Source: Candidatus Thorarchaeota archaeon
GTDB lineage: Archaea > Asgardarchaeota > Thorarchaeia > Thorarchaeales > Thorarchaeaceae
DNA: 64,000 nt
Reading direction: 5' to 3'
Assembly (NCBI GenBank): GCA_048882385.1
Contig: JBHLRQ010000003.1
Span: 14,504-78,503, forward strand
Shown here: positions 48,999-59,042 of the stretch, in pieces
Layout: every line of letters begins with the position of its first letter
Numbering within the stretch: position 1 is the stretch's first letter
Program-made: the position numbers and the translations under genes
The notes under the pieces: model-generated
Database searches by the model: none
Told to the model about the DNA's origin: nothing
What the model saw: only the letters and a program-made list of their open reading frames with translations

Positions 48999-49751
48999 AT
49001 GACTGAACACGAGCTAACAACGCAGGTGTATACAATGCCAGGAGAAACACTTGGAGAGGTAGCTGCTCTATTAGAAGAAACTCTCAAAGTGCATAGGTCT
49101 GTGAAGAATGCGGTATTATGTACCAAAGAAGGCGTTGTCGTTGCAGCTGTAGCTCGCGATGGAGAAACAGACCCTAGGTTGGTAGCCACTGTTTCTTCAG
49201 CGCTAGTCTGGGGTGGTGCCTCTGCACTAACTCATCTCAAGGCTTCTGGTCCAACACATTTAATTCATACGACAACTATTGAACGGATTTTGACTATTGT
49301 TCAACCCCATTACCATCTTGTTGTAATAATTTCACGAGCTGATGATGCTGGATTAAACTTGGAGTCCCTAATACCTGCTTTCCAGTCACTTTCCACAAGG
49401 ATGGAGCTTGTTATGGGGTCGACAATAGCATTTGGGAAACAAACAATCTTAGGCACGATTGTTGAAGAAATTCCTGAAGTAACACAAGGCATTCTACTCA
49501 CCATCGATGGCCTACCATTAGGATCGGTAGGCTTCAAAGATGAAGTTGAAGTTGCAGCACTGGCTGGTGCACTCTTTGCCAATGGTCTGACTTATTCTGA
49601 AGTGACAAATACAATTTCTGTTGACACAACAGGAACTAGACTACTCATCACGAGAGTCGATGAATCACGTCTTCTAGCAGTAGTTTGTCAAGGTCTCAAT
49701 CCTGAAGAAATGACTCAAAAAATCAGACTACTTCTCGATGGTGTGGCTTAA
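48999..49751 (+). CDS. Tandem roadblock/LC7 domain protein
   Basis: Two repeats: LCTKEGVVVAA...VATVSS and LLTIDGLPLG...VAALAG. Confidence 0.75.
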   Translation: MTEHELTTQVYTMPGETLGEVAALLEETLKVHRSVKNAVLCTKEGVVVAAVARDGETDPRLVATVSSALVWGGASALTHLKASGPTHLIHTTTIERILTIVQPHYHLVVIISRADDAGLNLESLIPAFQSLSTRMELVMGSTIAFGKQTILGTIVEEIPEVTQGILLTIDGLPLGSVGFKDEVEVAALAGALFANGLTYSEVTNTISVDTTGTRLLITRVDESRLLAVVCQGLNPEEMTQKIRLLLDGVA

Positions 49752-50455
49752 CCACCGCCAGCTTCAGCTTTTTCGGGCTTGAATTCTGTCTCAATCCCAT
49801 CGTCGTCAATGAATTGAAATTCCCAGTCTGTAAGATTAATGGTTATGAAGCAGTCTTTTCCTCTTTCAGGACAATCAATTCTAATTGTAACATGGTCTGG
49901 CGTTGTTTCTCGGATTTCTGGATTCAAACAACCATCTTCAAGTTTTTCCATTAGAAAGAGTACATATGCTTCAGTAATTGTGTTTAGACTGCCCTTCAAT
50001 AGCAATTCTCCCAAATCATCCAAATAGTGCCTTTTCTTGCGTCCCTCTCGAACCACTTTGATTAAACCGACTTCCTCCATCCTTGAGATATGCCATCTCA
50101 CGGTATCATGGTGTACTCCAAGCGATTCAGCCATCTGTTCTTGGTAACAACCCGCATTATTTACTACAAAAGCAAATACTTTCTGAGCTGTGTCACTTCT
50201 CATCGTTAGGTATGCCATTTCCGCCTCTTGAGATCTTAGCATTCTTGGATAGTAGAGTCGCTTTCCAGCAAACTTGATTGATTTGACAAGCCCTTCTCTT
50301 TCTAGAATTCTTAGATGCCATGTAAGAGTGCCAAGAGGTGAAGAGAGAATATCAACTAATTCTAATAGATACGTTCCTGGATTTTCACAGAGTACCTGGT
50401 AGAGCTCACGCCTAAATGGGTGAAGAAGCAATGCCATTCTCTTTTGTCTTCCCAT
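49748..50455 (-). CDS. Double winged-HTH (ArsR-like) transcription regulator
   Basis: Two repeats R..Y......NPG...L......GT..WH...LE..GL. Confidence 0.85.
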   Translation of the reverse strand: MGRQKRMALLLHPFRRELYQVLCENPGTYLLELVDILSSPLGTLTWHLRILEREGLVKSIKFAGKRLYYPRMLRSQEAEMAYLTMRSDTAQKVFAFVVNNAGCYQEQMAESLGVHHDTVRWHISRMEEVGLIKVVREGRKKRHYLDDLGELLLKGSLNTITEAYVLFLMEKLEDGCLNPEIRETTPDHVTIRIDCPERGKDCFITINLTDWEFQFIDDDGIETEFKPEKAEAGGG

Positions 50456-50603
50456 GGATGGGTCCTCTCAACTCTCTCAACAATCATTTGACTTCGGCGA
50501 TATAATTGCTTCGCCTCAGTGTATTCGTGCACTTGTTACCCGTACGGAACTCTTAATTACCAAACTTGATAGAAAAGCCACGTTCCTGAGGTGAAGGAGC
50601 AAC

Positions 50604-52439
50604 TTGTGCGGAATCACTGGTATCGTTACTTACGATAGCGATCGTATTGGTGAGCTTCTCGTAAGGTGCAGTAGAAAGCTTACTTACAGGGGTTATGATT
50701 CAGTTGGTGTTGCTGCTGTTCGTGATGGAAAGGTCGATTTGAGGAAAGAGGTCGGGACTATCGATGAAGTTGATCAACTTCTTGGTCTCTCAAATATGAA
50801 GGGAGATAGAGGTATCGCTCAACTCAGATGGGCAACTTATGGAGCACCAACCAAGATCAATGCACAACCCCACTTTGGATGTGAGGAAGTTTTCTATGGC
50901 GCCCATAATGGGAACATTCACAACTATGTTGAATATAAACAGGAATTAATTGAAACAGGTCATATTGTTCGTTCCGAGAACGATGGTGAATTATGCGTAC
51001 ATGCTGTTGACAAGTATTATGATGAAACTGGCGGCGACATGTTGGAAGCTATTCGGCTCTCAACACAAGATTTGAAGGGAGCCTATGCGTTTGCTGTAGG
51101 ACGAGCCGATGAGAATGAAATATACGCAGTTAAAATGGGATCCTCTTTAGTTGCTGGAGTTGCCAACGGAGCAACAATAGTTTCCAGTGATCTTCCATCT
51201 GTACTTCCTCTCACAAACAATGTTGTCTACCTTGCAGATGGAGAAATGTTAATTCTGACACATGATGAGGTCAAAGTTTACAACATCGAAGATGGAAAGC
51301 AACTTGACCGATCACCTGAAATTTCCAATGTTGATGCACGAGCAGCTGAGAAGGGCGGTTATCCGCATTTCATGCTCAAAGAGATCAACGAACAACCAAA
51401 AGTTGCTCAGGATGTATTAGGGCTTCTAGAAAGTGCGAAGAGTGAGGAATGGCTACAACTCATTGAAGAAGCATCTAAGCATTATATTGTTGCGTGTGGC
51501 TCTTCATACAATGCAAGTATATTGGGCACCTACTACTTCAACCGACTGGCAGGTATACCGATGTATCATGCTCTTGGTGGCCAGTTTCAATCACAATATG
51601 GAAATACGATGGACGATGAAACACTCAGCATTTTGGTTTCTCAGAGTGGAGAAACAAAGGATATTCTTAATGTTCTCAAACATGCCAAGGAGAATAATCT
51701 TGGAAAAACGTTAGGAATCCTGAATGTTATCGGAAGCACATTGATGTTTCAATCTGACTCGTATATTCCAATGGCTTGTGGGTATGAAGTCAGTGTTCCT
51801 GCAACGAAGACATACTATTCACAGAGCATAATCTTTGCGTACTTGGCCGCAAAACTGGGAGAGCGAAATGGTACGATCGACAACTCTGAAGCAAAGCAGT
51901 TCATTGACAAGCTCCATATTGAATTACCACGACTTACGCAGACAACGATTGATAGAACTGGTATTCTCGCCAAGAACTTGGCAAGGACCATCATGAATGT
52001 CAAGGACCTCTACTGTTTAGGTTATGGTTTCACAGACGGTGTTGCTCGGGAGGGAGCACTCAAAATAAAGGAGATTTGTTACAACCACTGCGAGGGAATG
52101 TACTCATCGGAATTCAAGCATGGACCACTTAGTATTGTTACCAAAAACTATCCAGTGATTTTTGTATCGACAACGGAAGACTCCTGGATGGTCATCAACC
52201 ACATTAACGAAGTTCGAGCTCGCCATGGACGAACCATCATTGTGGGAGAGCTTGAAGAAACACTTACACCATACGTAGATGATAAGAACGACTACCTAAT
52301 AGTACCTAAATCAAATGTGTTATTGAATCCAATATTGGATGTAATTCCACTTCAACTCTTGAGTTATTTCCTTTCAGTTGATTTAGGAATCAATCCTGAT
52401 TTGCCTAGGAATCTCTCAAAAACCCTGACTGTTGACTAG
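50604..52439 (+). CDS. glmS: Glutamine-fructose-6-phosphate transaminase (isomerizing)
   Basis: N-terminal CGI, YRGYDS, RWAT, HNG, SQSGET, ALKIKE, KHGP, PRNLSK..TVD. Confidence 0.93.
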   Translation: MCGITGIVTYDSDRIGELLVRCSRKLTYRGYDSVGVAAVRDGKVDLRKEVGTIDEVDQLLGLSNMKGDRGIAQLRWATYGAPTKINAQPHFGCEEVFYGAHNGNIHNYVEYKQELIETGHIVRSENDGELCVHAVDKYYDETGGDMLEAIRLSTQDLKGAYAFAVGRADENEIYAVKMGSSLVAGVANGATIVSSDLPSVLPLTNNVVYLADGEMLILTHDEVKVYNIEDGKQLDRSPEISNVDARAAEKGGYPHFMLKEINEQPKVAQDVLGLLESAKSEEWLQLIEEASKHYIVACGSSYNASILGTYYFNRLAGIPMYHALGGQFQSQYGNTMDDETLSILVSQSGETKDILNVLKHAKENNLGKTLGILNVIGSTLMFQSDSYIPMACGYEVSVPATKTYYSQSIIFAYLAAKLGERNGTIDNSEAKQFIDKLHIELPRLTQTTIDRTGILAKNLARTIMNVKDLYCLGYGFTDGVAREGALKIKEICYNHCEGMYSSEFKHGPLSIVTKNYPVIFVSTTEDSWMVINHINEVRARHGRTIIVGELEETLTPYVDDKNDYLIVPKSNVLLNPILDVIPLQLLSYFLSVDLGINPDLPRNLSKTLTVD

Positions 52440-52440
52440 G

Positions 52441-52854
52441 CTACTCCTTAGCGCCTCCAGATTCCCCAATTCTCAAAGCTCTCATAGCATCAGATGTAAC
52501 TGATCCTGAATCAAACCCGTCTCTAATGTCTACTAAATCCGCATCACTGATTTCCATAACATTGAGGAGTTCATGACGGTCATCTAGAGTCCATTGGCCA
52601 TAGACAGATAGACCATTCTCAGTTTCACATTCGAGAAGTCCGATGGTTCCTGTACTAGTCCACCAACTAAGGCACTTGACTGTATGTCCTAAGTCTGCAA
52701 GCATCTCAGTCCATAATTGCTTCAAACGAGTTGGTCCATACTTGTTTCGAAAAGCTATCAAATAGTTTCCTTTGTTTCCTTTCAACTTTTGATTGATGAC
52801 ATCAATCTCCTCTTCAGAGAAAAGTTTCATAAAACTCACAAATTGAGAGAACAT
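52441..52854 (-). CDS. Hypothetical protein
   Basis: 137-aa ORF with SD GAGGAG. Confidence 0.65.
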   Translation of the reverse strand: MFSQFVSFMKLFSEEEIDVINQKLKGNKGNYLIAFRNKYGPTRLKQLWTEMLADLGHTVKCLSWWTSTGTIGLLECETENGLSVYGQWTLDDRHELLNVMEISDADLVDIRDGFDSGSVTSDAMRALRIGESGGAKE

Positions 52855-52883
52855 AAAAGCTCCTCGTTATGGATAAAGATTGA

Positions 52884-53795
52884 GTGGTTTTATTGGAATC
52901 AAAAGGTATACCAAAGATTGGACTCTTCTCTTCCGATCCTTGGTCAAGAAGAGCTCAGGGTCTTGAAACCGCATTTCGAAACCTTGGAATAGATGCCATG
53001 CAAGTGATTCCTTGGAAAGTTTCCAGATGGGGGAGCACAGAAAAGCATGAAATCATTCAAGACAAAACTGATCTCTCAAAACTGGGATTGCTCTTTGTAC
53101 TAGATATTGGTGCAAATGATATTGGTACATTCTTCAATCGTGTTGGTCTATTGTCGGCACTCACAGAGATGGGTGTCATCGTTGTGAACTCTGTATCATC
53201 AATTCTTCTTATGAGAAATAAAGCTGAAACCATGAGACGGCTGATTTCAGCTGGATTACCAGTTCCTGAAACCCTTATCACTGAATCGATAGATGATGCT
53301 GCGGAATTTGTAAGAAGGCACTTCCCTTGCGTATTAAAACCAATCACAGGATTTGGGGGTATAGGAGTTCAACTGATAGAACGCGAGTTTGATTTGGAAA
53401 ACATCTATGACTATCTGAAATTTCATAGTCAGATGTTTGGTAAAGGAGCGTATCTTCTTCAGGAGTATGTCAAGAGTCCTGGCTATGATATTCGCGCTTT
53501 GGTTCTAGATGATGAAGTGATAACGACAATGCGGCGTGTTGGCGGTGAAGGAATCACAACAAACATTCATAGTGGAGGTGTACCAAAGAAAAACACGACA
53601 GATGTCAGTGATCTTTCAATTCGAGCTGCTAAGTCAGTCAAGGGACGTCTTGTTGGAGTTGACATCATACCTGATGAAGATGAAAAACTATGGGTACTTG
53701 AGGCGAATGCCACTCCTGGATGGAACGGGCTTCAACAGGTGACTAATTTTGATATCTCCAGTCGTATTGCTCAGTCTCTAGCAGAAACCTTTTAA
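52884..53795 (+). CDS. RimK/LysX/CofF-family ATP-grasp ligase
   Basis: NK, P.P.T, VLKP..G.GG.GV, LQEYV, DIR, TNIHSGG, GVD, LEAN.TPGW. Confidence 0.88.
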   Translation: MVLLESKGIPKIGLFSSDPWSRRAQGLETAFRNLGIDAMQVIPWKVSRWGSTEKHEIIQDKTDLSKLGLLFVLDIGANDIGTFFNRVGLLSALTEMGVIVVNSVSSILLMRNKAETMRRLISAGLPVPETLITESIDDAAEFVRRHFPCVLKPITGFGGIGVQLIEREFDLENIYDYLKFHSQMFGKGAYLLQEYVKSPGYDIRALVLDDEVITTMRRVGGEGITTNIHSGGVPKKNTTDVSDLSIRAAKSVKGRLVGVDIIPDEDEKLWVLEANATPGWNGLQQVTNFDISSRIAQSLAETF

Positions 53796-53809
53796 GAGAG
53801 CACTTGGGG

Positions 53810-53866
53810 TGGCCACATGTTCATGCACCCTTTGGGTGACGAAATCCGTCCTGCTAAGCAGGGCCA
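53810..53866 (+). promoter_or_regulatory. Structured GC-rich leader upstream of the coiled-coil gene
   Basis: Hairpins CACCC-TTT-GGGTG and CCTGC-TAA-GCAGG; possible closing TGGC/GCCA. Confidence 0.4.
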
Positions 53867-53895
53867 GCAAAACGAAATTCTGAGGTTTACAACCT

Positions 53896-54978
53896 TTGAC
53901 AGAAGCCGCTGAAGCCAAACCAGAAGATGTTGAGTTTCTCCGCGCGAAACTAAGAGAACTCAAGACCCAAGCCCGTGATGAACTTGAGGTTCTCAGACGC
54001 GATCGGGATCAAATGCGGGAATACAAGACAATACGTGATGAGCATAACAAAGAAGTCCGTGGACTCATAGAATCCGTTAAAGCAGAACGTGAAGAACGAG
54101 ACCGGATTAACAAAGAAATCTCTGATGCTAAGGATCGTAGAACAGCTATTCATGCACAGCTAAAAAGTTTGTATGACGAAATTCGAGAGCTACGGAGCAA
54201 TCTTGTTGGTAGTCCATCGACTGACCAACGAAGAATGATGCGTCGTGTTGAAGAACTGGAATGGCGTCAACAAACAGACCAACTTACAAGAGATGAAGAA
54301 CTCTCTATTGTTGAAGAGATTGCTAAGATTGAAGCAAAGCTTGTGAAGATTGGTCAAGAAAAGGAGAAACAAGATAAAATCAGCGAGAAACGAAGACTCG
54401 CTAGAAAACTCAAGGAAGAGGCTTCTGAAGCACACGAGAAAGTCATCGAACTTTCAGAGCAAAGTCAGATACACCATCAAGAAGTTGTACGTATCAGACC
54501 AACACTTGAAGAGTATAAGAAATCCGCTGACACTGCCCACAAGAACTTCGTTGAATGGCTTAAAAAGGTCAAAGACGGTGAAGGCAAGCTCAAAGAGCTT
54601 AGAACACAAATTGAAGAAATTCAAGGAAAGCTTCGCAAGTTTACCGTTGAGAAACGAGATATTGAACAGAAAGAGATGCGTGATCAACAACGAGCTCAAG
54701 AACGTGAGCGCACAGATGCCGCTGTTGAGAAGCTACAATCTGGAAAGAGACTTACTTTTGATGAGTTCATCTTAGCACAACGTCAAGTTACTGATGACAA
54801 GAAAAAGACTCAGAAGGGTAGAAAACGTGGAAAGGAACCCGAACCCGAACCTGATGTCGAATCTGAGTCGGAAACTGAAACCGAACCGGTTGAAGCTAAC
54901 ATGCCAGAGTCTGAGCCCGATGTAGAAGAACCCGAGGCTACTGTGGAAGATCTAGTGGAAGATGGACCTGAGGAGTAA
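53896..54978 (+). CDS. Archaeal long coiled-coil protein (COG1340-like) with acidic tail
   Basis: RD..N..V repeats, LEW.QQT..L....E, A...H..V..L..., SGKRLTFDE; E/P-rich tail. Confidence 0.8.
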   Translation: MTEAAEAKPEDVEFLRAKLRELKTQARDELEVLRRDRDQMREYKTIRDEHNKEVRGLIESVKAEREERDRINKEISDAKDRRTAIHAQLKSLYDEIRELRSNLVGSPSTDQRRMMRRVEELEWRQQTDQLTRDEELSIVEEIAKIEAKLVKIGQEKEKQDKISEKRRLARKLKEEASEAHEKVIELSEQSQIHHQEVVRIRPTLEEYKKSADTAHKNFVEWLKKVKDGEGKLKELRTQIEEIQGKLRKFTVEKRDIEQKEMRDQQRAQERERTDAAVEKLQSGKRLTFDEFILAQRQVTDDKKKTQKGRKRGKEPEPEPDVESESETETEPVEANMPESEPDVEEPEATVEDLVEDGPEE

Positions 54979-55030
54979 ACCACATAGTTGGATGGCACCT
55001 AATAACCAGGTTTGAAAATAGGAGGGCATA

Positions 55031-56293
55031 GTGATGAGTAGTAGGAGTCAGAGACCTGTTGGTAAACTCTCTGCAACTACTATGTTCTATATCCTTGCAC
55101 TTGGTTCCGGCGTTATGCGAACATTTTCCGTTGTATTTGATATTGTTGCTCTCAATACTTCGGAGATTGATGTTCTGACATATGGTTTCCTTGCTCAATG
55201 GACGAGTTTCACTGTGACTTTTGCAGTAGTTGCTGTGCTCAGTATTAGAAGGAAAACTAACGGGAAGAAACGTGCATTGGGTTATAGTCTTGATCCTGAT
55301 TTTGACAAATTGCGACTTCTACCTAGAAAACCAATGCTCTACATTGCCATCGCTGGCGTTTTTGCTGGAATCTCAACTGTATCATATTATGTAATTTCAG
55401 GAATATCAGATGCCACAAATGTTCTGCCATACGGTCAGCTTGTAATCATCTATCTCTTGATTGCGGACTTGATGGCTGAAAAAGACACACCAACCATCAT
55501 TGAGATTCAGTCAATCATCTCTATCCTATTCGGAGTTCTTTTAGTCGGTGCCAATCCGGGAGGCTTTGATGCTCTAACACTATTGATAGTTTTGGGACCA
55601 TTGAACGTATCTTCAGCAATTGTTACATATTATCAGCGAAAAACAAAGAGATATGAAATTCGCCCAGGCCTACGTGTTGATTCTCTGAACATGAGAGTCT
55701 GGAGTCTTCTAGTTCTGAATCTTGTACTAAGCCTCTTCACTTTGCCATTCTTGACTCCGGTTTCTTGGGAAGTGATGATAACCAATTTTGGTCCTTTGTC
55801 TGGACTTATGGTTGGAACCTCTCTTGCGACATTCCTATCCATTGTCATGTATATTCGCGCGTTGGGTAGAGGTTCTATGGCGGTCGTGAATTCCCTGTCT
55901 GCGATATCTGTAGTTCTTGGGATTCCTGTTACACTACTTGGAAACATGGTAGTTCCTGGAGCTTTTGGTGTTATTGATGCAGATTCATTCCTTTGGTCTC
56001 TCAAAATTTTTGGTGTTGTACTTGTTTTGATTGGGGTCATAGCCTTACAGGCATCTGATGTGCGATCAATTGTTTTGATTAAAGTGAAACCATTGACAGG
56101 AGATCTCATACCACTACTGTTTGATGTAAAGGGAGTAGAAACAGCGGCTGCACTTGCTGGTAGACATGACTACATTCTCACAATTAAAAGTCGGAACTTA
56201 GCAAAAACTCGTTCATTGATACTGAAAAGAATTCAGAAAATACCAGGAATAGCTGATGTTGAAACCCTTGTTGTGATTAAAGATTATAGATAA
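55031..56293 (+). CDS. EamA/DMT-like transporter fused to a C-terminal Lrp/AsnC ligand-binding (RAM) domain
   Basis: 10 TM in two repeats, then GV......AGRHDYIL......I.KIPGIADVET. Confidence 0.75.
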   Translation: MMSSRSQRPVGKLSATTMFYILALGSGVMRTFSVVFDIVALNTSEIDVLTYGFLAQWTSFTVTFAVVAVLSIRRKTNGKKRALGYSLDPDFDKLRLLPRKPMLYIAIAGVFAGISTVSYYVISGISDATNVLPYGQLVIIYLLIADLMAEKDTPTIIEIQSIISILFGVLLVGANPGGFDALTLLIVLGPLNVSSAIVTYYQRKTKRYEIRPGLRVDSLNMRVWSLLVLNLVLSLFTLPFLTPVSWEVMITNFGPLSGLMVGTSLATFLSIVMYIRALGRGSMAVVNSLSAISVVLGIPVTLLGNMVVPGAFGVIDADSFLWSLKIFGVVLVLIGVIALQASDVRSIVLIKVKPLTGDLIPLLFDVKGVETAAALAGRHDYILTIKSRNLAKTRSLILKRIQKIPGIADVETLVVIKDYR

Positions 56294-56310
56294 AAAAAGG
56301 AGATAGATAA

Positions 56311-56562
56311 ATGACAGACAAAGTTTTGGCATATGTGCTGATGGAGATTGAAATCGGAAAGACTGATGATGTTGTACAACAACTCAGACAGATTGAAGAA
56401 GCCACAAAAGTGGCAGTCACCACCGGGTCATACGATATAGTCGTATTATTGGAGGCAAACAACCTAGAGCATCTCTATGAGTTGACGGTACAGCGAATCC
56501 ACAAGATTCCTGGAATCAAAGACACTCAGACTGCAGTTGTTGAGAAAATCATGTCACTCTAA
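56311..56562 (+). CDS. Stand-alone Lrp/AsnC ligand-binding (RAM) domain
   Basis: AYVL...G....V...L......TGSYDIV......I.KIPGI..T.T; no HTH. Confidence 0.88.
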   Translation: MTDKVLAYVLMEIEIGKTDDVVQQLRQIEEATKVAVTTGSYDIVVLLEANNLEHLYELTVQRIHKIPGIKDTQTAVVEKIMSL

Positions 56563-56636
56563 GTCCGTAATCAATTCCTCGTCAATCACGTTTTTATCTT
56601 GCCAAGATAATAAATCTACCAGGGAAGTGGTTTGAA

Positions 56637-57578
56637 TTGGAAGAGGTTACTATTTCTGGACTAACTAAAAACTTCGGAGACCTTGTTGCTGTTGATCATA
56701 TGGAACTGAGTATTCCAGCTGGTACAATCTTCGGGTTGTTGGGACCCAATGGTGCTGGTAAATCAACAACAACACGCCTTTTGAGCACACTTCTACGACC
56801 AACAGATGGTACTGCAGTTGTCAGTGGTCATGATATTCTAATGGAACCGGTACGTGTTCGTGAAATAACTGGAGTGCTGCCAGAGGAAAGCAATCATACT
56901 ATCTATCCGACATTGACTACATATGAAAATCTGCAATACTTTGCTAGGCTGTACGATGTTTCAGAGGAAGATATCCCCGATAGGATTGAAGAACTACTCA
57001 AGTTCATGGAATTATGGGATCGAAAGGATGACAAAGCTGGCGAGTTGAGCACAGGAAACCGGCAACGACTTGCATTGTGTAGGGCAATTCTTCATAGACC
57101 CAAGGTACTGCTTCTTGATGAACCCACAAGTGCTTTGGACCCGATTGCTGCTAAACGTGTCCGCGAGCTAATACTCAGCCTTTCTCACCAGTATAAACAA
57201 ACGTTCTTCATAAACTCACACAACCTTCCTGAAGTACAAAGAGTCTGTGATAGAATTGCAATAATCGATAAGGGAAAGATTCTGCTTCAGGGAAATACCC
57301 ACGAACTACGTTCAACGTTATTGGCAAAACAGGAGTTTCGAATTAGAATCGTAGGAGATGTTGAACAAGCTAGTTCTATTGCAAAGTCAATGAATTTTGT
57401 TCAAGAGGTTAAACTAGAAGTTGATTCGATATTAGTCACCATTGAGAATCCTACTGAGAATAACTCCACCTTGATGCAATCTCTATTATCTGATGGTATA
57501 AAGATTATAGAATTTGCCGAGGAAGAAGCATCACTTGAAGACCTCTATCTTGAGGTTGTCAAAGGAGGTAATGAATAA
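56637..57578 (+). CDS. ABC transporter ATP-binding protein
   Basis: GPNGAGKS, LSTG, LLLDEPT, SH. Confidence 0.93.
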   Translation: MEEVTISGLTKNFGDLVAVDHMELSIPAGTIFGLLGPNGAGKSTTTRLLSTLLRPTDGTAVVSGHDILMEPVRVREITGVLPEESNHTIYPTLTTYENLQYFARLYDVSEEDIPDRIEELLKFMELWDRKDDKAGELSTGNRQRLALCRAILHRPKVLLLDEPTSALDPIAAKRVRELILSLSHQYKQTFFINSHNLPEVQRVCDRIAIIDKGKILLQGNTHELRSTLLAKQEFRIRIVGDVEQASSIAKSMNFVQEVKLEVDSILVTIENPTENNSTLMQSLLSDGIKIIEFAEEEASLEDLYLEVVKGGNE

Positions 57579-58339
57579 TGGCATTCAGTAAATCATTGAT
57601 TGTAGCAAAAACAGACCTCAAGATGGCTTTGAAGGTAAGCTATGTTAAATATGGATTGGTTCTAGTTGCAGCGGTCGGTCCGATAATGATTCTTTTACTC
57701 GTAGGTTTTCTTGCTTTTACTGCCCCAGCTGCAGAGGCAGTATTTGTACTACAACTCATGAGTCCAATTATCTCACCAATGATTGGTGTGTTTGCAATAA
57801 TCCCGGCATCTCTCATTGCTGCTAACTCTTTAGTAGGAGAGCGTGAACAGAACACTCTCGAACCTCTCCTTTGTACTCCTTTAACAGACCGAGAACTACT
57901 CATTGGAAAAGTTCTCAGCTCATTCATTCCAAGTATGGGGCTACTGCTAGGCTCAATATTGATTACAGAGATTGGAACCACCATTATGTTCATGATCTCT
58001 GGTCTACCACTAATCCTATTTCCCGATATACAAGGTCTGTTTCTACTCTTAGCCGCAGGACCTCTTATGATTCTTGCAATGAACTCCATAATGATACTCA
58101 TTAGTGGTAGAGTGAGTCGTGTCTATGAAGCGTATCAAACTTCTGGAGCAACTGTAATGGTATTCATTCTACCAATGCTTTTGCCCATGGTTACCCTTGA
58201 TGCTACAGGTGCGATGGATCCAAATGCAGTTCTGTTGACAAACCTAATTACTATCCTAGTTGCAGCAGTCCTGTTTGTGGTGACATGGGCATTAGCATTT
58301 AGTAGATTCAACAGAGACCATATGGTTTCACTTGTTTAG
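57578..58339 (+). CDS. ABC-2 transporter permease
   Basis: GERE..TLEPLL.TP....EL..GK. Confidence 0.9.
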   Translation: MAFSKSLIVAKTDLKMALKVSYVKYGLVLVAAVGPIMILLLVGFLAFTAPAAEAVFVLQLMSPIISPMIGVFAIIPASLIAANSLVGEREQNTLEPLLCTPLTDRELLIGKVLSSFIPSMGLLLGSILITEIGTTIMFMISGLPLILFPDIQGLFLLLAAGPLMILAMNSIMILISGRVSRVYEAYQTSGATVMVFILPMLLPMVTLDATGAMDPNAVLLTNLITILVAAVLFVVTWALAFSRFNRDHMVSLV

Positions 58340-58347
58340 AATAGTAA

Positions 58348-58364
58348 AGAGGGCATTGCCCTCT
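58348..58364. terminator. Hairpin between convergent genes
   Basis: AGAGGGC-ATT-GCCCTCT. Confidence 0.55.
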
Positions 58365-58372
58365 ATTTCCAT

Positions 58373-58900
58373 TTATTCCCTTATCTTTTTCAAACCAGAT
58401 GGATATCGACCTGCGAGATCCCTATAGATAGCTTTGAATCTAGAGAGTTCTTCTTTGTGCTTCTCTTGAACATCTCCTATTTCTTTTGCTGGGACTCCAA
58501 CAACAATTCTTTCATCTAGAATCTCAAAACGTGCTCTAACAACTGCACCTTCCCCAACAATACACCATTTTCCAACAATAGCGTAATCTGAAACGATGGC
58601 TCCCATTCCAACAACTGCTTCATCTTTGATTGTCGCGTTGTGAACAATGCATCCATGTCCAAGGGTGACATTATTCCCAATTACTGTAAGCTCCTCTGGT
58701 CGCGCATGAATGATGACATTATCCTGTACACTGCATCCATCGCCAATCCTGATTTCTCCATAATCTCCTTTCACAACTGCCCCCGGAGCGATATAGCATT
58801 CCTCTCCAATCGTCACCTTTCCAATTACAGATGCTGAGCTGCTCACATAAGATGTCTTTCCTATTATTGGAACTCGTCCTTCGAATTCATAAATAGCCAT
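58373..58900 (-). CDS. Gamma-class carbonic anhydrase/PaaY-like hexapeptide-repeat protein
   Basis: VQDNVIIH, GH...H, VGMGA, GVPAK. Confidence 0.9.
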   Translation of the reverse strand: MAIYEFEGRVPIIGKTSYVSSSASVIGKVTIGEECYIAPGAVVKGDYGEIRIGDGCSVQDNVIIHARPEELTVIGNNVTLGHGCIVHNATIKDEAVVGMGAIVSDYAIVGKWCIVGEGAVVRARFEILDERIVVGVPAKEIGDVQEKHKEELSRFKAIYRDLAGRYPSGLKKIRE

Positions 58901-59042
58901 AGAAACACCACTTTCTGTTACAGAATAACTCAGTTATTAGCTTGAAGGTAGCTGAAATGAGAATACACCCCTCTCCGAAACGTTAATGTTCTGGCTTACC
59001 AAAGGTTCTGTATCATCACTATTCGGTAGAGGATGCTAAACC

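Noticed and set aside
50456-50603. glmS ribozyme
   Set aside because: The intergenic region is short, holds divergent promoters and lacks the conserved ribozyme core.
53821-53870. Hammerhead ribozyme in the coiled-coil gene leader
   Set aside because: GTGACGAAA lacks the CUGANGA core and has no stem II before GAAA.
54830-54940. GAACCC / GAAACT tandem repeats
   Set aside because: They simply encode the Glu/Pro-rich tail of the coiled-coil protein.
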